Shown here in pieces: positions 35,101 through 48,012 of a stretch of DNA of 64,000 nucleotides. A program made the translations under genes and the position numbers. Numbering within the stretch: position 1 is the stretch's first letter; the number at the start of each line of letters is the position of its first letter. Source of the stretch: Tubulanus polymorphus (Eukaryota > Animalia > Nemertea); NCBI RefSeq assembly GCF_964204645.1, contig NC_134033.1, positions 9,122,655 through 9,186,654 on the forward strand, in the 5' to 3' direction. Under the pieces are notes generated by a model. It saw only the letters and a list, made by a program, of their open reading frames with translations. It was not told the origin of the DNA and searched no databases.

Positions 35101-38100
35101 CATATATACTAAAGTTTAGAAAAGTTTAGAGTTCTGGTTTAGAAATCGCGGAAAGTTCAATTTTGACAGCACTTGCCCTTTAAATCTGGGTTCAGCGTCC
35201 ATCGAACCTGTGCATCGAGCATAGTGGAGACGCATAGCCCTGGTACAAAATGCTAGTGTAGATGTAATGAGTGATCTTAAACTTAATTACGAGGTGGACA
35301 AATCAATTCAATAGATATCTATGACTATTACTTCCAAGTACATGTTACAGAGTATAGGCCTAATGCAGAAAACCTGTTATCACTGCTGTGTCTGTATTTA
35401 TTGAATTGAATTTCAGCTGGTTTACCGATCAGATGAGGGTGTAGATGCTTACATTGGAGCTAATGCATCAGCAGAAGGTGGTGATGAAGCTGAAAATGCT
35501 GATGTATCCGGCAAGCAAGTCATTGATGTTGTCGATAATCACAATTTAGAATTGATTGACCGACCCAAAAAATCAGACTACAAAGCATATTTGAAGGTTT
35601 GTTAATCGATACGATATCATATGACAAAAACATGTAGAGATATAAGCCATTGAGTGTACAGTCCAGTGCTTCATCTAGCCAAAAATAGAAGGGCGGTCAG
35701 CCCCGCCCCCGAAAATAGTCGCCCTTGTGCCCTCATCACTTGCCGTAGGTCCGCCATCCTGCCCTTGTCAGTCACGAGTAATGAGTCAGGGCTTTCAAAA
35801 TAAGCCGACGCATCCGACTGTTAGTAAGTTTCCTGCGACGGCTATGAAATATCTCGTATGATATCAACGATAGTAGCTCATGTGATCAGTGGTTATATTA
35901 AAATGTACTGCAGTCAGTGTGCATCGTGTGAAGACGTGCCTCAGACGCGTGGCCTAGTTAAAGTTTCCAGGAAATTGGCTGACTTCCAAACTACTGCCAA
36001 TCATTCTAGCGACTGCCGTTGTAAAGCTGGTAGTGTATATTCGATGGATTGTTTCGTTTTGAACACATCGTGATGCTCTGGATCTTTTTATCTAGACTAT
36101 TCGACAAATTTTATATATACAAGGTGAAAAACTTTGTTCGGTGAACTCGCAGAGAGACTCGCACAGACAATTAGTTTGAGTAGCCTAATAGCAATAATGT
36201 GTTCTTAAGCTGGCTGCTTACCAATTATCAACAGTTACTTGCCAATCACTAACACTATCAATTTAAACCAATTAATTTGATGTTTCTAAGATTAAAAATA
36301 TGCAATTTCATGTAGGCCTATACACTATTGCTGGCTCTTTTTCGCTGTATTTGCTACTTGAGATTGCTTTTTTCTGCAATCTTTTTGTCTGCAACTGGTT
36401 TTCCAAATCATGTTGAAAGCCCTATCTAGATAAACTTTTGTTCATTGACAGGCATAGGTGTAAGGATGTACTGAGGTCAAGTGTGTCATTCATGGCAAAA
36501 TCAGAGTTAAACATAGTTTCTAGTCCTCAATCGTAGTAGGGGTACCTCGATTCTATGCAATAGGGAACATTGCAGGTTGCCCCTAAAACGGACGTGAGTG
36601 CGTTATTATGTGCCCTTGCTCCGATGGAATCACACACAAAAATGCCCTTATTTGAAATCAGCACCCAGCCCTTTTTCAATGCTAGATGAAGCACTGACAG
36701 TCAAAGCTCATTATAACGCCAGCTCCGGGAACTGTCAAAATTTTGGCGGCTCAAAGAATGGCGGTATAACAAAATGGCAATCGTGAGAGTTGACATAGTA
36801 TACAATACATGACTATTAACCAAATCCAGAATTCGTCATTAGGAAAGGGTAAAGGTCTTAGCTCATTTCATTTAGGTAATAGGAAAAATGATACAGATGT
36901 GTGATACTATTTTACTCATGTAAAAGTTATTTTCAAATGTGATATACATTGTATTCACAAGTATCAAATATGCAACTGGTTTGAATTTTAGTTCAGCCAT
37001 TACTGAGAAGTACAACTTCTAAATCAGCAATTTCAGCACATACTCACTGTTATTGTTTATGTTAGCAGGTGCGCATCTCTGACAAACGCTCACAGCTTCA
37101 GGGATGTGATTTTTTTGGCTTAAACCGGATTTCCGGCCTTTGGGACCAAAATATTGACCCTCTGGGATTTGCACAGATCCGTTGAGAGAGTGGGGAGGGG
37201 GGGTGAGGTACTCTGCTGACTGACGATTGGTACCGGTGAGCAATAAAAGCGTTCAAGACCGGACAATCAGAAGTCTTTTTTAGCGCTGGATGGTTGCGTT
37301 GCTGTCAGAATTCGACAACGATTGACTACCCTCGAGCTATTAATAGACAGTTCACTCGCGTAATGCTGAAAAACGGCTTTTATGGCCCGTCACGTGGCGC
37401 CACCTACTGTATTTAGATATGCTAATGAGCAGGTGATGACGTCACTGTAACATTTCCGAGCGTCCGCGGAGCGGATTTTTCAGCATTACGCGAGCGTATG
37501 CCGAGTAAACTATCGCTCATAAATGAAAACAAAAACAACTTTAGTGAAAATTGTTGTTTCTTTCTGAATGCGAATTCCTCACTGAACAAATTGATGCGTA
37601 ATTAAGGTAGATAAACCGATTATTAACGAAATTACGGACCAAAACGAGAGTAGGTGTGACAGACAGTAGTTGTCTATTTCCTGGTTAGAATTAGGAACAT
37701 CGTTTTTATCCGAAATGCTCTAAAATCGCTCTCAGGGCAATGAAAATTCAAAATTGAATTCTATTCCGCATTAGAATCAATAAGACCAAGGGAAACGACT
37801 CATGTGAGGTATTTGTTCCTGCCAGATCCAGTCGCTGTCTGTGCTCCTTTTGTATTCTATGGTTGTATTGTGTAAATTATTAGGTATTGACTCTGAGCTG
37901 GGAGAGTATTTTGACAAATTTATACAGAATGCATCATCATGCCATTTTTGAAAAGCTGACAGGCTAGAACTTTATGATTTGTTTCTGGGCAAGTTTATTT
38001 CCATGATATTCTCGGGCAAGGCTCCGGAACCTCGCAAGTGCTATGCGGCGCTTTTGGCGCTCGCACGTCGTGTATTGGAATGTTCAATATTTGCTGTCGG

Positions 38101-41100
38101 TATCCCTGTCTAATTTATGTTTCTGGTCTGTTTATTCTCAGCAATACATGAAGTTGAGTAAGGAAAAAATTATGGCTAATAAAGACTTGAATGAAGAAAG
38201 TTACCAAAAATATTGCGCTGATTTGACGAAGGTAGTAATAAAAAAGATTTTACCAAACTGGAGTAACTTCGATGTTTACATTGGTAAGTATCAACATCTA
38301 TTCTAAGATCTAGAACCCCCGGCCTTCCTTTCAATTATTCATTGTGGCCAGCTCATAGGTATGGAACTCGATTCCCCAACCATCAAAGTAAATTAGCTAG
38401 TGTCTAGTCTAGTGTATAACTGAAGGGTAACTGACACATTTGACCAGTGGCCATGAAGTTCAAATGCTGATAAGATGATAAATAGATGTGGTTTTACATA
38501 GAAATCAAGATTTTTATTGTCAGACATTTTAACTCATAAGTACTAAAGCCGCCTGGCCTATTACTTTTTAAGCTGTCTGACACCGCCCTGACACTTTTTA
38601 GCCTATTTGGGACTTAAATCCCAGTGGGCTTGTGTTCACTTTTTGTCTATCCGTCTGGAGACCACCCTCCCTCGGCAGAGATTCGAATCGCTGAGGTAAA
38701 TTTTATGGAAGAACTATGAATGGGAAAACCCGAGCTAAAATGAAACAGGATATCTCATTGGCTGATGATGACATTATCTAAGTTGCGCGTGTAGCTGTGA
38801 ACTGGGTCTAGTGTGGTAGGGTTTCGTATCGTAGCAATTTCGATGCCATCAGGTTTGAAACCCTGCCGGGGAGGGTGTCGGAATGCAGTTATTTTGGGAT
38901 GTTTTGAAGGCGTATCTATGGATTGTCTTCATATTTGGTTTATACATCCGGCTTATCTACCCAACTATTCATCTTCAACCCAAAATTGGCCTGATCAGAA
39001 TCATAGTGGCCGACTGATAGCCAAAATTAGCACTTTTTATATATTTTTGAAGTTTTGGATGGAAATTTTTAAGACTCTTAGATCAATTATCTTGGTCTTT
39101 TACAATATTTGTATGAGATAAATCATAAGAAAAATTGGTGTCGATCAGCCTCAAGATGACCGTCCTGTGACCTATTTTGTGGCCAAAAATGTTGATTTTG
39201 GCCTGAATTCTGGGGCCTGTTGCTTCCTAATGGTTTGCTAATTTTCATTGATATTTGATGGGCATTTTATGAAAACAGATCTTTAATACATCAGACAGGT
39301 ATTTTCGATCAGCCAATTATCACTCAATTGGCGTCCATCATGGCATGAATTCCAAAGATCCCTGAAACGGGGTGAAATCTGGGAATTCCTAAAATCTTTA
39401 GCTGATATGTTTTACAATCATCGTTTTTGCATAAATGAATTATTATGGTCGAAGACCATATAGGCATCGCAGCTAGTAAAAATCCTGCCGTTCACTGAAC
39501 AACATCTGTAGTATCTCTACTGCCATGGATATAGTCCCATAATGCTGTACCGATATAGAACAGATAATCCCATAAAAGACTGTCTGTAACGCGTCGTTTG
39601 CCTATATCCATGATCCTAGATATGACTATTATAGCCTGTTTTATTTAGGTTCCCAAAGTTGTGATGCATTACGGAAAGTTTTGAGGCGCATAAAGGGCTT
39701 ACCTGTCAGTGAATTGTTAAGATCGGTTTTACCCGATAATGAAATGTAATCCCCATCACTTTCCTCACACGTGCTCGCGCACTGATCCATTCCAAAGTAG
39801 TTCATAGAAACTGCGCAGTTCATGGTTCACACTGACTGGAAGAGGATTGGTTGATTATTGTCTCTGCAGGGCGGGTTCGTCGCTAGCCCGGATTTTATTG
39901 AAAGCACTACAAGTCTGGGATATATCTACGCAAACTGCGCCATTCCAAGATGCTGTACTCGCAGGGAGTTAGTAGTAGTAGGCTATAAAGCAATGCTGTA
40001 TACACACAGCGAGACAAGTGGCCGCGTCCCGCAAGGCAGACAGGCCGACTCAGATTGGCTGACGAAAAGTAACTTGTTCGGCGCGTGCCGTAGTAGAAAA
40101 AAAAAGATGTATATGAGAAACGTAGGGTTTCCGTGAGCTCGTTCAAAATGTCCGTTATTGGGGAAACAATTGTTCAAGTGTGCATCGTTGCAAATACGAA
40201 CACATCAGGTGTAAAGTCCAAGGGGAAGTGATGGGGATTTTTGGAGCCATTTCAATTTCATTCTAATGTTATCATGTACTCTTTGCCGTAATTAAAACTA
40301 CTACGGTTCGCACGAACTTCATTCAAACACTGCCTATACACAGTTTCATTGGCTAACTGTTTTTTCTATAGCAAACTTTATTCTTGTCAACTTACCTTAC
40401 TATATAAACCCATGTAATTTTGTTAATGTTGTTCAGTTAAAATATAGACTTCAGCTTGACATCCAACTCTTCGCTCTCACTTCTTTGCCGTTAGTTGGTT
40501 TGGCCAACAACTCTGAAGATGGGATTTAGGTACAGTTAGGTTAATTCTTATATTAAAGAATTGTTCGTTAACCTTCTTTCTTACTCGGCAGGTCAAGGAT
40601 ATGAAATGACTAAATGTACATATGTATTGTGCGATTATCGCGAAGACGGAGTCACCCCATATTTCATTGTGTTCAAGGATCAAGTAGTCGAAACAAAGCA
40701 TGTAAGTTGAAGCTTAAATGAAGTTATATTTCCAAAGGAAGAGCCACGATTACACAAAGACAATTTGACCTTGCCCAGTTGGGCCAAATAGGCATGGATC
40801 AGGCCGGGTCAAATATGGCTTGGTATATGGGTTAGTTAACTATTGAATGAGATCATGATTAGCATTTTGACTAAGCGCGACTTGGTCTTAACCCTTACAA
40901 TACCACTACCGTATAGCATGCGGTACAAATTGACAATTGTATGTGATATGGTATCACTTAACCCTTCTTCTAGAAGGGCATATCTATCAGTATCAGCCGG
41001 TGCTGCCATCTGCATAAAATCCAAGTTGGCAACAGCCAGGAAAAAACAATTAGGCTGGATGAAACGGTTCAGCAGCTCGTATGTGATGCTGACAGATATG

Positions 41101-44100
41101 CTGGTGACTTGGAATTTGGTAGTGACAACGAATATGACAGCAGCAGTTCAGATGATGAGACTTAGTCAGAAAATAGGTTTATAGTGCCGGCTATGATTAT
41201 GATGATGAAAATGAAATCAGTGACAATTTTTTTAGACCCTGTTGATACAGTTGTCATGACAACGGACACCAATAACAAAAATGAAGAACCAGAAACTCTC
41301 CATCCTCAAGGTCACATATATCCAAATAATTTGTCTTATTTGTAAGCCCAATGGTTATCAACACCATGGTATACAATGTATCAGTGTCAAATACATAGGT
41401 AACAATTTTCTGAGGCCTGAAATTATACCCCAATGAAACCCCTTACATCCGGCCTTCCGACATATCATGGTAAATGAGTGGAAAAATAAATTTTTTAGTT
41501 CTATTGCTTTGAAATTTTTACTACATAAAGTAAGGATATATGGCATACAATTTCAGGTGGAATTGAATAGATCAGTGCATTTTGCTGAGAGACAGAGCAG
41601 TTTATCTGAAACTTTATCGTGAATTTTTTTCATGGCGGCCATCTTGGAGTACGTGACCTTGACCTCAAGTTGACTTATATCCAAATTATTTATGTCTACA
41701 TTGTTGGCCACAAAGTTATCAACAACATGCTATATAAATTTTCTGTGTCAGATACCTTGGTAACTATTCTATGAAGATTTAAATATACCCCTATAAACCC
41801 CTAAATTCCCTCCGGTACAGCAGTGGAGACACTATGTGGTATTGAAAGGGTTAAACTAAACCTATATACTAGTAAAAATGTTATATTTTTGGTTAACACT
41901 GAACCTGAATTAACCTGCCCCTATTATGTCATCATCTGCAGCACCATCTACATTGGTATCAGATGAACTACGCAATGTGAAAATGCCTTCAAATTGAACA
42001 TTTGCAATCGTTAATATTTCAGTAATCCATCGCTAATTAGTTAATTTTAGGCTACACATGATCTTTAAGACAATTAATAGGAAAAAGCCTGTCAAGCATG
42101 AATTTCTTAGCTCCGCTGTGACCAAAGGTCAGCAAAGCTGATGGGTTAGGGATGAGTCGTCATCTTCTGTCCGTCAATTTCCATTTTAAATTACTACTAG
42201 TCCTAAGTTAAATTGGGTCATTACCAAAATTGGAATTCCATGGGTGCATTTAAATATGTTCCATGACATCCCTCACTTGCAACACGCTTCATTTTGGTTT
42301 ACCTTTGTCAGCAGTATGAAGTTGGCATTGAGCCAATTCATGCAAAATCGCGGTACGTTTTTTTATGTGAGCACTTTTTTTATTGGTTCTCGGGTGAAAC
42401 GACGTATAATCGATGCGATTGAAGACATGGCAAACCTCCATCGATGAAAAACTGTTTTTGGCAGGAAAATTCTTTCCTCTTGCGTATAAAATTACAATGA
42501 CCTCGATTGGGGGCATCGTCTCTACGAGCAATATGATTGGCTGTTTTTGGGATATACGGGGAATTCTGGCGTTACTAAAATAATTATAGGAAAGCCATGA
42601 ATAGCGAACGTTTCATCATTGGACTAGGTGCCGTAGGCTATATCCGAATATTAAATGCTCATTGCTGGTGAGAATACGATTATTTCACATATTGCCATAG
42701 GTATTGTTTCATTTTAAATACGCGGTGATTGTGTTGATTGAGATAGGAGTGAAGCGAATGTTCACTACACAAGGCCTCCACGTGCGAAGGAGTGCTAAAC
42801 ACACAAACATACGCTCATACATATGGAAGACCTCAGACGACATACGAGATATGAGATATAACATACGAGATATGAGATGCAACATACGAGATACGACATA
42901 TGACATACGAGATACGACTTATTTACAGTACGGGTGTCCGTCCGCTAGCGCCACCGCAGTGTATATATTTCACGTGCGCAGGCAGTGGCGTATACATTAA
43001 CTATGAATCTCAATATGCGAAAAACGTTTCATTTGAAAATAAAAATATTTAAAAATATTCGATCAACCACTCCCGGGGACCGGTTTCTCGCTGTGACGTC
43101 AGTGGGCCACTCTTAGTGTGAGACACCGATGGTCCGGTGATTCGAGTTGGCTCCAAATACGGGGCTAACAGCCCCTAAATCCACCAAAAAACGCCTCAAA
43201 TTCCATTTTTGAGTGTACAAAAATCCCTCAAAAAGAGTTTGCCATGGCCCTTCAAATTGGTGGTCATTAAGAATTGCGCCTAGTCAAGGGTTTAAACTTC
43301 GCGTTCGATCGAGGGTTTTCGATGAAGAATGAAAGATGTATGTATATTACGAATGCCGATGACCAAAGAGTCTTAAAAAAGTCCGACACACGCGGAATCT
43401 GTTTAGTGTACCGGTACTATGATTTCAACAAATGAATTGAAACATGGACATGAATTAAAAATACTAAAGATATCATAAATTTATTGAATGAATTATTCAT
43501 TAAATATCAGAATGGAGTTCCATTGTATCACTCTCAGCTCCTGGCCCTAGTCCAGCTGATTTCGTTTATCACGACGTTTTTTGCGACGGGTGCAAACACA
43601 CCATATGAGCAACATTCCGGTGTTCCGCTAATTCCCTGTCTAAAGAAATGTTACTTGATATTTCCATGGATCTCTTATCTTTACAAATGTAAGAGCTGTT
43701 GTGTTTTGCTGAAGACTTATTTATGTGGTTCCTGTACTTTTGTCAATAAACAGTTTTAAAACTGGCCATGATAATTGATAAGAATGATCTTAAATTGGAT
43801 TCTCCGATTATGAAAGTTATTCAGATTCAGCCATTGGCCCTTTTCATGAAAGATGTCAGAAAAGAAAGATAGCCAAAAAGCCCTCAGAATACACAAGTAC
43901 CTAAATTGAACAAATTTTCAGGGGAGGACCCCAAACTATGGCTTCAGAAAGACAGTGCCGCATACTGCCCTGACAGTTAGCGAAAACTGGCCAGTCTCGA
44001 CTCTCAACGGCTGGTCTAGTGGACTCACCAGTCTTCCCCGGTAGCCCGATAGGGATGGAATTTAGCTGGGGATTTCAAACCTTGAGAGAGAGCACGGGAG

Positions 44101-46678
44101 TTCTTAATCTGGATACCAGGGCGATGTACGGGTTCCCGGGTTGTTTGGGATTCAAGAACTCAGGCAGGGGTGTCAAACAGCGGAGGAGGGGTACAAGGGG
44201 GCGGGATTTCCGGCTGCGGGTTTTTTTTTTAGAATTTTGATTTCTGATGCAGAAAAGCCGGCGGTTACAGCGGGCGGTGAACAGTAGTTATTTTTTCTGC
44301 AGGCATCGAGTAACCGGAACCCCGGCTCCTGAACACCAGGCCGTTTTCAGACCAAAGGAAGACAAGAAATAGCATAATATTATGAACTTGAACAGTTTGA
44401 TATCTTTTTTGACGCCTTATAAAACGTTACCATTATGAAACCTAAACAATGTTAACCATTCAGCGTCATTTTACAAACGACAGCCGTAAATCGATGTGCA
44501 AAACGTCACAGGTCTATGTGTACACAAACAAGCTATCTGGCAAAATATTATTGACTTAGATGTAGAATGGCTTCCTGTGATTATATAATGACCTATATTT
44601 GACATGGAAATGTTATATTGCATTGAATATCATTAGAAGACGTATCGTAATAGTAAAGGATGTATGATTATATCAGAAGCGGCAGGCATAAATAGAAATG
44701 ATAAGTAAATCGGATTATTCGGTTAAATGGCGGATGTATACACGATGCGGAAGTCTGATATAAAAGTCAGACCCTGACGTGGGCATGCCGGTGGAATGAC
44801 GAAGCTATCTACGATGTGTGTAGGGCCGGCGTGAATTTCATCAGCGGCTACAAGCGGTTGATATGAAAATGTGTAAACATATAATTTCAATATTCAAACG
44901 TTTTAGAAAATATGTTTGATATTAGGAGTATGCAGGTTTCGTGAGATTAGCAATTTATAATAGCATAGCTGTCATATACGGCTCCGCGTCCTCTGATGGC
45001 ATGTGTATTAGGTGACAATTCAATTCAATTCTTTATTGATCCTTATTACATTGAAATTCCAGGATAAAATTCCCAAATTCAATAAATACAAATTTTAAAA
45101 TAAATTAATACAACATACATGACACACGGGTAATTCATACAGAACAACATAAGCATGTTATTTTAAATGACAATGTCTACTTCAACCCACCCAGACTCAA
45201 GACTCTAGGATATCGAGTGACAGCCGAACCCGTGGCCCGAGGACTGGGCCGGCTGGCTAGGCCACACGATATGCTCGAAGTCATGATGAAGCAGACATCA
45301 GAAGAGCTCTTTCTACAACCATGGAGGCAATGAAGTTGCAGACCAGCTTAGAGGCATAAGTAAATGAAGTCGGTCGCAAGTTCGCGATCAATTATTGAGA
45401 ATTTTCAATAAAAAAATTACTAGTAGAGTCGAAGACCTTTATCATCTACCCAATCGCCAAATCTCATCATTCCCCAAATTTCTTAAAACTTCGATTTCAA
45501 ATTTGCAATTCCACATTAGCTTAGCCCAGAAATTCTACTTTTTTTTCGCAGGCGTCAAATAATTTTCTTGTTAGTTTTGTGATTCGAAAAACTTTTCGTT
45601 GCCCGCGGGAGAGGAACGGCCGGCGCGCCTAGTCCAGGGTGTTCACAGTATGGCCTAATATCGTTGTGTCCGGTCCAGGTGTCCATTATCCAAAGGAAAT
45701 CTATTTCTGGTTTGAATAAAATGTTGACTATGTTGGTTTTCATATAATTGACGGTGACTGTACGCGTCAACATGTTAAACGATTTATATGCAGTAAATAT
45801 TGAAAAAACATACACTGCGGTGGCGCTAGCGGAGGGACACCCGTACTGTAAATAAGTCGTATGTCATATGTCGTATCTCGTATGTTGCATCTCATATCTC
45901 GTATGTTATATCTCGTATGTCGTCTGAGGTCTTCCATACATACAGACTACTATATGGTGATGCTGTAACGCTGATTGGCGCGTGCGCATTTGGTCCGTGC
46001 GCAACAGGCTAAATAATCATCATAGCAGAAAATGAGTGCTATGTTTTTCTGTTAGATAGAATTGTAGTAATTCTAAGCAGCAAACTATAGGTATAGATCA
46101 ACTCTGAATATTGTAGTGGTGAATTCCAGGATTTAAAACGATCGAATACTACGCCCGGTGTTTTAGCTTCCGCGGCCATACATTGGAAGAGGTTTCGTTT
46201 CCAAGACTCAATATTCAGCCACCCTCTGATATGTCACATCATATGAATTTTATTTGAATATTTTTTCATATTGTGAAAAATAATTTTTTGAAAATATAAA
46301 ATAGTTTCCCTGCCGCGCCTACCTGTACCCTACGAAATTTTGGAGGTAGACCATAAACAAATGTTTATCTTTGGTCTTATTTGACTACAAAATAATTCTT
46401 TAAGAAAAATGAAATACAATATAGACTTCTAGAACTTTGAAGAATTAAAAGATTTTTCAAGCAATGCCCTTACTCCAAACAACCTCTAGCTTTCAAGGTA
46501 AACCACACTTTGCCCATGGGCAATTTATTTTAAACAAGTACTGACTTTATTAGTTATTGGTGGAAAGAGAAAAAATAGCCTACCCATCGAGCCATAGCTT
46601 TCATTAAGAGTCTAGAACCAGATATCTTAAAGCATAACTGATTCTAATGATATTCTACAATTTGTATCATTTCAGTGA
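29152..46678 (+). CDS. TPT1: Translationally controlled tumour protein, 177 aa; exons 29152-29179, 34781-34851, 35417-35596, 38142-38283, 40592-40701, and 46676-46678 (stop only)
   Basis: Spliced translation MIVFNDLLTGVEIFSDSF...YYEVEGK...IGANASAEG...DYKAYLKQYMK...DYREDGVTPYFIVFKD; all introns GT-AG with consistent phases. The last exon (ttcag|TGA, AATAAA near 47062) is less certain; without that splice the frame ends V-S-stop at 40710. Confidence 0.92.
29494..30720. mobile_element. MITE with GGTCATCCTTATTACCGAGATGAC TIRs and 8-9 bp TSD (G)GATAGTAT; hosts a nested MITE
   Basis: TIRs and TSD visible; Merlin/MULE-like termini (inference). Confidence 0.85.
29521..30308. mobile_element. P-element-like MITE, long TIRs starting CACAGGGG, 8-bp TSD GATGACAT
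   Basis: Near-perfect inverted arms of more than 200 bp; TSD at 29513-29520 and 30309-30316. Confidence 0.9.
30733..31074. mobile_element. Related P-like MITE, TSD TATAAGC
   Basis: CACAGGGG...CCCCTGTG termini; homologous to the element at 29521. Confidence 0.88.
31572..32826 (+). mobile_element. Helentron-associated non-autonomous element (HINE-like), copy 1; contains a 165-bp MITE at 32566-32730 (TSD ATATG)
   Basis: Homologous to 33453-34696; internal ~120-bp tandem repeats; ends CCCCTAGT. Confidence 0.7.
33453..34696 (+). mobile_element. HINE-like element, copy 2
   Basis: Subterminal inverted repeat GCCCACTTGGGA (33459) / TCCCAAGTGGGC (34665), GTCC-type microsatellite remnant, T-rich flanks. 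Confidence 0.75.
35664..36696. mobile_element. Non-autonomous DNA transposon with 16-bp TIR CAGTGCTTCATCTAGC, flanked by ACAGTC duplication
   Basis: Perfect TIRs visible; hAT-like termini. Confidence 0.85.
38595..39345 (+). mobile_element. HINE-like element, diverged partial copy 3
   Basis: TTTTTAGCCTATTTGGGAC start and patchy homology to copy 2. Confidence 0.6.
40892..41850. mobile_element. piggyBac-type non-autonomous element
   Basis: TTAA|CCCTTACAATACCAC ... GTGGTATTGAAAGGG|TTAA. Confidence 0.85.
42822..45938. mobile_element. DNA transposon with ~130-140 bp internally repetitive TIRs (TATGGAAGACCTCAGAC...), flanked by CATACA duplication
   Basis: Inverted arms at 42822-42964 and 45810-45938. 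Confidence 0.88.
44408..45559. mobile_element. 1.1-kb non-coding mobile element with TTTGACGCCT / AGGCGTCAAA termini, copy A
   Basis: Full-length homologue at 53295-54390. Confidence 0.88.
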
Positions 46679-48012
46679 ACAGAACTATCATCTACAGCCG
46701 TAGCAAACACGCTTATGATTTGAAAATTGCCATCTTACAGCATCCTGTCAACTGGCAGTCAAATTTTCATGGAACTGTTTGCATCAAATTTTGTGAAGCG
46801 CCAATATGCAATTTTATTAGTTTGCTTTTTTCATTAAGAATCTTCCAAGGTTTTGAAAAAGAAATTTTATTTCACTCAGGATCAGTCAGGCAAACATGGG
46901 ATTGTCTACCACACACAATACATACAAAATCAATTGAAAATGTTGGCTTCTTAACATGGTGAAGTGTAGTGCAACCAATGAAATGATAAGCGTCTCTTCT
47001 TCCTCATTTAAATTATTGTTATTACAAAGTACTATGGTGCGTAAAAATTCCTCATTATTAAATAAATTAATGAATACTTGAATGTATGATCATTCAATGT
47101 ACTTTAAATGTTGTGTTTTGTGGTCATCATTTTTGTGGGGTTATTCTTTCGTTCAGGCACATAACCTCAGGGATTCTATACTACTGAATCACATTGTCTG
47201 ATTTTGTAAGCTAGTCTTTATTGTAGTTCAGAAAAAAACCGGTGTTACCACTAGCCACAACCTTTTTTAGCAAAGCTATTTTCAGTCCTATTCTCGAAGA
47301 ATGGTCGACGTCGGAAATCCGGAACAGAGCGAAAGAGTAAAGAGCAAACTATCAGTTTGGAATACCAAAACTGGACTGACTTTATTTTTACACATAGCTA
47401 TTTATATAACACAGATTCAGACAGGTTGAGACATGGAAAATGATGCAAAAACAAAGGTAGTAGTGACATGACAGTGAGACAAACAACAATTAACACATTC
47501 TGACACAGACAAACAGTCTCAGAGGACAATGAGTAATAAGATGGAGAAATAAAACAATAAAGAAATACGAAATATAGATGAAATATGTATAACAATTATC
47601 AGTGATATTTAGTGTTGTTAAACTTTCACATGAATTACATTAATGGGAGAAACTTATTACATGTACATAGCATGAAAAAGTTTTTGTTGACGTCTATGAC
47701 ACCAATGCCAGTAAAATGGATCGATGGTCCGTAATCAAGAAAAGATCCAATGCTTTACTACGCGAATGGAGAGAATTTTAAATGACTTGGTTTCCAGATG
47801 AAAGGCCTTAAGGCTGGCTTATGTCGACAAGCAATGCGACGCCTACCGACGCAACTGGGTTTATCGCCGATTAGCGGTCTACGAGAGGCCGCCAGTTGCT
47901 GCTCTATCGGTTCGACATAAGTCGGCTAGTAATTGGAAGATGTGGGTTTCATACCAGAGTACTAGAGTACTAAACACCACTCATCACCACAAGTAATTTT
48001 TTTTCCTAATAA

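Noticed and set aside
34852-46675. Intronic snoRNA (vertebrate TPT1 hosts SNORA31)
   Set aside because: No convincing H/ACA or C/D structure found by eye; needs a covariance-model search.
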